Assembly: GCF_016469335.1 (NCBI RefSeq)
Contig: NZ_CP059888.1
Location: 3,235,899 to 3,299,898 of the forward strand
Direction: 5' to 3'
DNA: 64,000 nt
From: Flocculibacter collagenilyticus
GTDB taxonomy: Bacteria > Pseudomonadota > Gammaproteobacteria > Enterobacterales > Alteromonadaceae
Shown here: in pieces, positions 60,613-64,000 of the stretch
How the letters are laid out: each line of letters begins with the position of its first letter
Position numbering within the stretch: the stretch's first letter is position 1
Notes under the pieces: model-generated
The model's input: the letters and a program-made list of their open reading frames with translations, nothing else
Databases searched by the model: none
What the model was told of the DNA's origin: nothing
Program-made: the position numbers and the translations under genes

Positions 60613-63570
60613 ATGCAACAGTTACAGGATATTTTCTTGCCGCGTTTTTTGTCTTTACTTTTGAAAGTGATATTACTTACAGTCACAGTAATACTGTTAC
60701 TGGTAACCGTTAGCATTACTAGCCTCTATTATTATCCGCAGCTATTAAACATGGCGCTTAAGCAATATGGCGTCAACGTAGACTGCTTGAAATGGCACGC
60801 GCCCTCTATTCAGCAACTTAATATCACACACCTGTGCTTTAATGCTGACACGGTAAACGTTGAAGTACATCATTTGACTCTGCATTATAACTGGCACACC
60901 CATACGCTTAGCCAATTAACAGCAGAAGATGTTCATTTAAGCTTAGCCTTAAATACTGACAGTAATAACGCCAACAGCAATAATGATTTACAAAGCAGCG
61001 CGAACACTCCTGCACAATTAATTGACATTATTACTAATTTACAAAAACTCGTGACTATTTCTCCAAATACAGTACTTAATCAGGTTACGATAAAAACCGA
61101 TAACCTACCTTCGCCTTATACGCCACTGCATTTTTCTTTATCTGTTAGTGAAAATAAAAGTCGGGTTAACGAGAGTACGTTGTTAGGTAGCGAACAATTC
61201 GACATAGCAATAACCAATATTGGATTTTCCGATACTTCGTTACAGCCTTTGCAAAGTAACAATAACAAAGATGAAAACGATGCATTTGAACCAAGTGAGC
61301 ATTCCGGTGCTGAGTCCATTCACCTAGTGATGGATAAGTGGCAGCCGCGAACGTTACACCAAGAACAAGTGCCTGTATCGCAAGAAATACTCTCGGTCGG
61401 TCTTAATTGGCAAGTGTCACTGAATAATTTGCAACGGTTAATCAATTTTGTTGGTCATATTACTTCAGCTTCACGCTTACCGCTGTTACGTAGTCAATTT
61501 AATCCAGCAGATAGGTGGCAAGGCCATGCGAATGTACAAGTGCCACTTAATAAATCAACCTATGTAGATTTGTATAATGAGCTTGCACTCACAAGTAAGC
61601 ACCACATTAAACTCAATAACAGTAGTGTTTTTAGTGCATTACCGTCGGTGCAATTGTCTACAGACATACAGGCTCAATTAAACAAGCAGCAAGCGCTATG
61701 GTTGCTTAATACGCATGGTGAAGAGCTCAAGATTGATGGCATCAATAAAGCCTTAAGCAACCCCACTTTTCAGACAGCACTAACTCAAGTACTGAAAGGA
61801 AAAATAGCCGATGACACGCTTAACACTCTCCTAAGTCAACTCGCCAATAAGAAACTGGCTCACTCAATCCAAAAAAACGTTCACATTGAAACAGACTTGA
61901 ATGAATTAACCAGCATTAACGTAACGCTACCTGAACAAATTACCTATCAAACGAAACAACAAACCTTAACCGTTAGTGACACCATTACGCTGCGCAGCCC
62001 CTCTGTTAGTATTAGCGTGTCTGATTTACACTTACCCCTGAATGCGCAAAATGACGCTAACGCCTCATTGATGGTGAATTTAATACCATCAACGTGGTTG
62101 ACGTTGTCAACGTTCAATCTAAATAACCAGTTGCTTAGTAAAGTAACGCCGCAAATATTTTTAAACGCTAAGGTGAGCTACTCTTCAACTTCAGGTATAA
62201 GCGCGGATATTAACAATGCAGTGTTGGCACTGGATAGTATTGCATACCAACAAGCCGACTTAATGCCATTCAACAGCAAACCGAAAAGTGTTACACCTAG
62301 TCCTGCGCAACCTTTCTCTGTTAAGTTACAAAAGCTAAAAGTACAAACATCTGGCACTTTCGCATATCAACAGCAAAATACGTTACCCGACCTCGATTTA
62401 AACCTTAAATCGACCATCGACTCTGTTACTGTATTAGGCGTTGACTTAGGTGCGTTCGCCAGTGATACAACACTGCGTAATGCTTCTACAGAAAATAAGG
62501 GAAATAACAGGGCGAATATTAACGTAAAAGCTAACGAACCGACTCTTTATGAGCTCTCCGGTAACTCGCAACTTGGCGATTTACCCATTGCGCACACCTT
62601 ACATATCAGCAACATTGTCGATGCTCCATCTCGCTTTAAGTTCGACATGACGTTTCCCAAGCAAGATATAAAGCATATTACCCCCACATTAAATTTAGTA
62701 ACGGCATTATTAAAACCCAAACAGGCCATTACGTTAAAAGCAGGCACACATTCAACTAAGTTAACCGGAACTTATCATCCACACACTTGGACAATAAAAC
62801 TAGTCAGCGATATTCAAAATCTAGCAATGAAGATAGGAAACATTGATATTAGCGGCTTTAACACGCATGTTTCAGCAGAGTTCATGCCCACAACTTTATT
62901 GGTAACGCCAAGTCATTTCACCATAGATCAGTTAAATTTAGGGGTTAACTTGCAGGATATTCAAGGGGCAATAGATATTAAGGGCCCATTAGCTGCGCCA
63001 ACATTCACAATTTCACAGTTAAACGGTAGCGTTTTACATGGCCAGTTTTCAGTAGCACCAACTCAAATTAACTTAAATCCACCAGCCGAAGTTGCAGAAG
63101 CTGAAGCACAAACAATAGTACTTCACTTACAGCAGCTGTCGTTAGAAGAGTTACTCGCGTTACATCCACAAGAAGGCGTAACGGTAACAGGACTGATGAG
63201 TGGCCGTGTGCCGGTATTATTCAGGGAAGGTTCAGCCAGCATCAGCCATGCTACACTCAATAATGTATCTAACGGTCAAATTATTATTAAAGACAACCCA
63301 ACGTTTAATGCCATTAAGCAACAACAAGCGAGTTTACAGCCAGTTTTAGAGTTGCTTCAGGAACTGCATTATAACGACTTTAATGCCAATATTAATATGG
63401 ACGAACAAGGCAATATGGACATAAAAATAAACATTCAAGGGATTAATCCTGAACAAGAGCAACCCGTCGATTTTAATTATCGACACGAAGAAAACTTATA
63501 TATGTTACTAAAAGCATTACAATTGGGTGACTCACTCAGTCAGTCCATTGAGCAGAAACTAAACCAGTAG
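60613..63570 (+). CDS. ydbH: YdbH-like large AsmA-family envelope protein
   Basis: 985 aa; N-terminal TM; followed by ynbE and ydbL as in E. coli ydbH-ynbE-ydbL. Confidence 0.7.
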   Translation: MQQLQDIFLPRFLSLLLKVILLTVTVILLLVTVSITSLYYYPQLLNMALKQYGVNVDCLKWHAPSIQQLNITHLCFNADTVNVEVHHLTLHYNWHTHTLSQLTAEDVHLSLALNTDSNNANSNNDLQSSANTPAQLIDIITNLQKLVTISPNTVLNQVTIKTDNLPSPYTPLHFSLSVSENKSRVNESTLLGSEQFDIAITNIGFSDTSLQPLQSNNNKDENDAFEPSEHSGAESIHLVMDKWQPRTLHQEQVPVSQEILSVGLNWQVSLNNLQRLINFVGHITSASRLPLLRSQFNPADRWQGHANVQVPLNKSTYVDLYNELALTSKHHIKLNNSSVFSALPSVQLSTDIQAQLNKQQALWLLNTHGEELKIDGINKALSNPTFQTALTQVLKGKIADDTLNTLLSQLANKKLAHSIQKNVHIETDLNELTSINVTLPEQITYQTKQQTLTVSDTITLRSPSVSISVSDLHLPLNAQNDANASLMVNLIPSTWLTLSTFNLNNQLLSKVTPQIFLNAKVSYSSTSGISADINNAVLALDSIAYQQADLMPFNSKPKSVTPSPAQPFSVKLQKLKVQTSGTFAYQQQNTLPDLDLNLKSTIDSVTVLGVDLGAFASDTTLRNASTENKGNNRANINVKANEPTLYELSGNSQLGDLPIAHTLHISNIVDAPSRFKFDMTFPKQDIKHITPTLNLVTALLKPKQAITLKAGTHSTKLTGTYHPHTWTIKLVSDIQNLAMKIGNIDISGFNTHVSAEFMPTTLLVTPSHFTIDQLNLGVNLQDIQGAIDIKGPLAAPTFTISQLNGSVLHGQFSVAPTQINLNPPAEVAEAEAQTIVLHLQQLSLEELLALHPQEGVTVTGLMSGRVPVLFREGSASISHATLNNVSNGQIIIKDNPTFNAIKQQQASLQPVLELLQELHYNDFNANINMDEQGNMDIKINIQGINPEQEQPVDFNYRHEENLYMLLKALQLGDSLSQSIEQKLNQ

Positions 63571-63581
63571 GCGTAATTATT

Positions 63582-63770
63582 GTGAAACATTATTCATTAC
63601 TATTCATCATATGCAGCACAATATTGCTTTGTGCATGCAGCCACCGAGTTGAAGTGGCAGCTAAAGAACCGATTACCATTAACCTTAACGTTAAAATTGA
63701 TCATGAAATTCGTGTAAAAGTGGACAAAGAGCTTGATGAGCTTTTTAGCGAAGACAGCGAAATTTTTTAA
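63582..63770 (+). CDS. ynbE: YnbE-family small lipoprotein
   Basis: LLCACS lipobox; EPITINLNVKIDHEIRVK matches the E. coli YnbE pattern (EPITINMNVKIEHEI); GTG start. Confidence 0.75.
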   Translation: MKHYSLLFIICSTILLCACSHRVEVAAKEPITINLNVKIDHEIRVKVDKELDELFSEDSEIF

Positions 63771-63794
63771 CTTTTCTTTTTAAGGACCTTTTTT

Positions 63795-64000
63795 ATGAAA
63801 ACAATGACGACTCTTTTCTTTTCTTGCATCTTCATGTTATCGGTAAGTATTAACGCATACGCTTTAACACTGAGTGAAGCCAAAGCGAAAGGCTTAGTAG
63901 GCGAACAAACAAACGGTTATTTAGCAGCGGTAACGAACACCCCTGCCGCCAAATTAATAGTAGAAAAAGTTAATATTAAACGCCGTGAAAAGTACCAAGA
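63795..64000 (+). CDS. ydbL: YdbL-like periplasmic protein (DUF1318), 3' end cut by window edge
   Basis: Signal peptide plus LTLSEAKAKGLVGEQTNGYLAAV (compare E. coli YdbL LDQARQAGVVGEQLNGYLGVV). Confidence 0.7.
   Translation, partial: MKTMTTLFFSCIFMLSVSINAYALTLSEAKAKGLVGEQTNGYLAAVTNTPAAKLIVEKVNIKRREKYQ

Overview
This 64-kb window is a chromosomal segment from an AT-rich (roughly 40% GC by eye) marine-type gammaproteobacterium. Gene content and E. coli-like synteny point to Alteromonadales, for example Pseudoalteromonas or Colwellia; this is inference. The order of features is as follows. (1) Core genes at 1-21 kb: a partial His/Glu-rich, ZnuD-like TonB-dependent receptor; a LexA-boxed yebG; a GT4-like glycosyltransferase; acnB; an M13 lipoprotein peptidase; tapT; the pdhR-aceE-aceF-lpdA operon with a PdhR box; ampE; yicC. 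(2) An accessory stretch at about 21-43.8 kb: an IS3-family OrfA remnant; hipBA with operator-like palindromes; a nested inverted-repeat, MITE-like element that contains a degenerate copy of the rtcA 3' end; a MarR-type regulator and a SAM methyltransferase; a molybdenum-cofactor cluster (moeA, moaE, moaC, moaB, moeB, with no moaA or moaD); and a roughly 12.4-kb RNA-repair supercluster. In that supercluster, rtcR is divergent from a sigma54-type promoter that appears to drive a tRNA-like RNA, a slipin/SPFH gene, rtcB, rtcA, a Pol-beta-type nucleotidyltransferase and a HEAT-like protein. This unit converges on a minus-strand operon: rtcB2, prfH, a small basic ORF, an LMW-PTP-like phosphatase, an Rnl-type RNA ligase and HD-Pnk. 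(3) Core genes again: yhiN, a peroxiredoxin, rsmJ, a tag-like gene, prlC and gor. (4) A secreted M35 aspzincin peptidase, an alpha/beta hydrolase, and a repeat-rich 2.4-kb stretch containing a roughly 330-bp tandem duplication, at least seven REP-like motifs, two copies of a roughly 270-bp element and orphan small membrane ORFs. (5) gabD, rraA, an arginase-family protein, a beta-carbonic anhydrase, and ydbH-ynbE-ydbL. No rRNA, no CRISPR array and no canonical tRNA were found. The most interesting item is the co-localised three-ligase RNA-repair locus with a tRNA-mimic-like element in the sigma54-driven leader.
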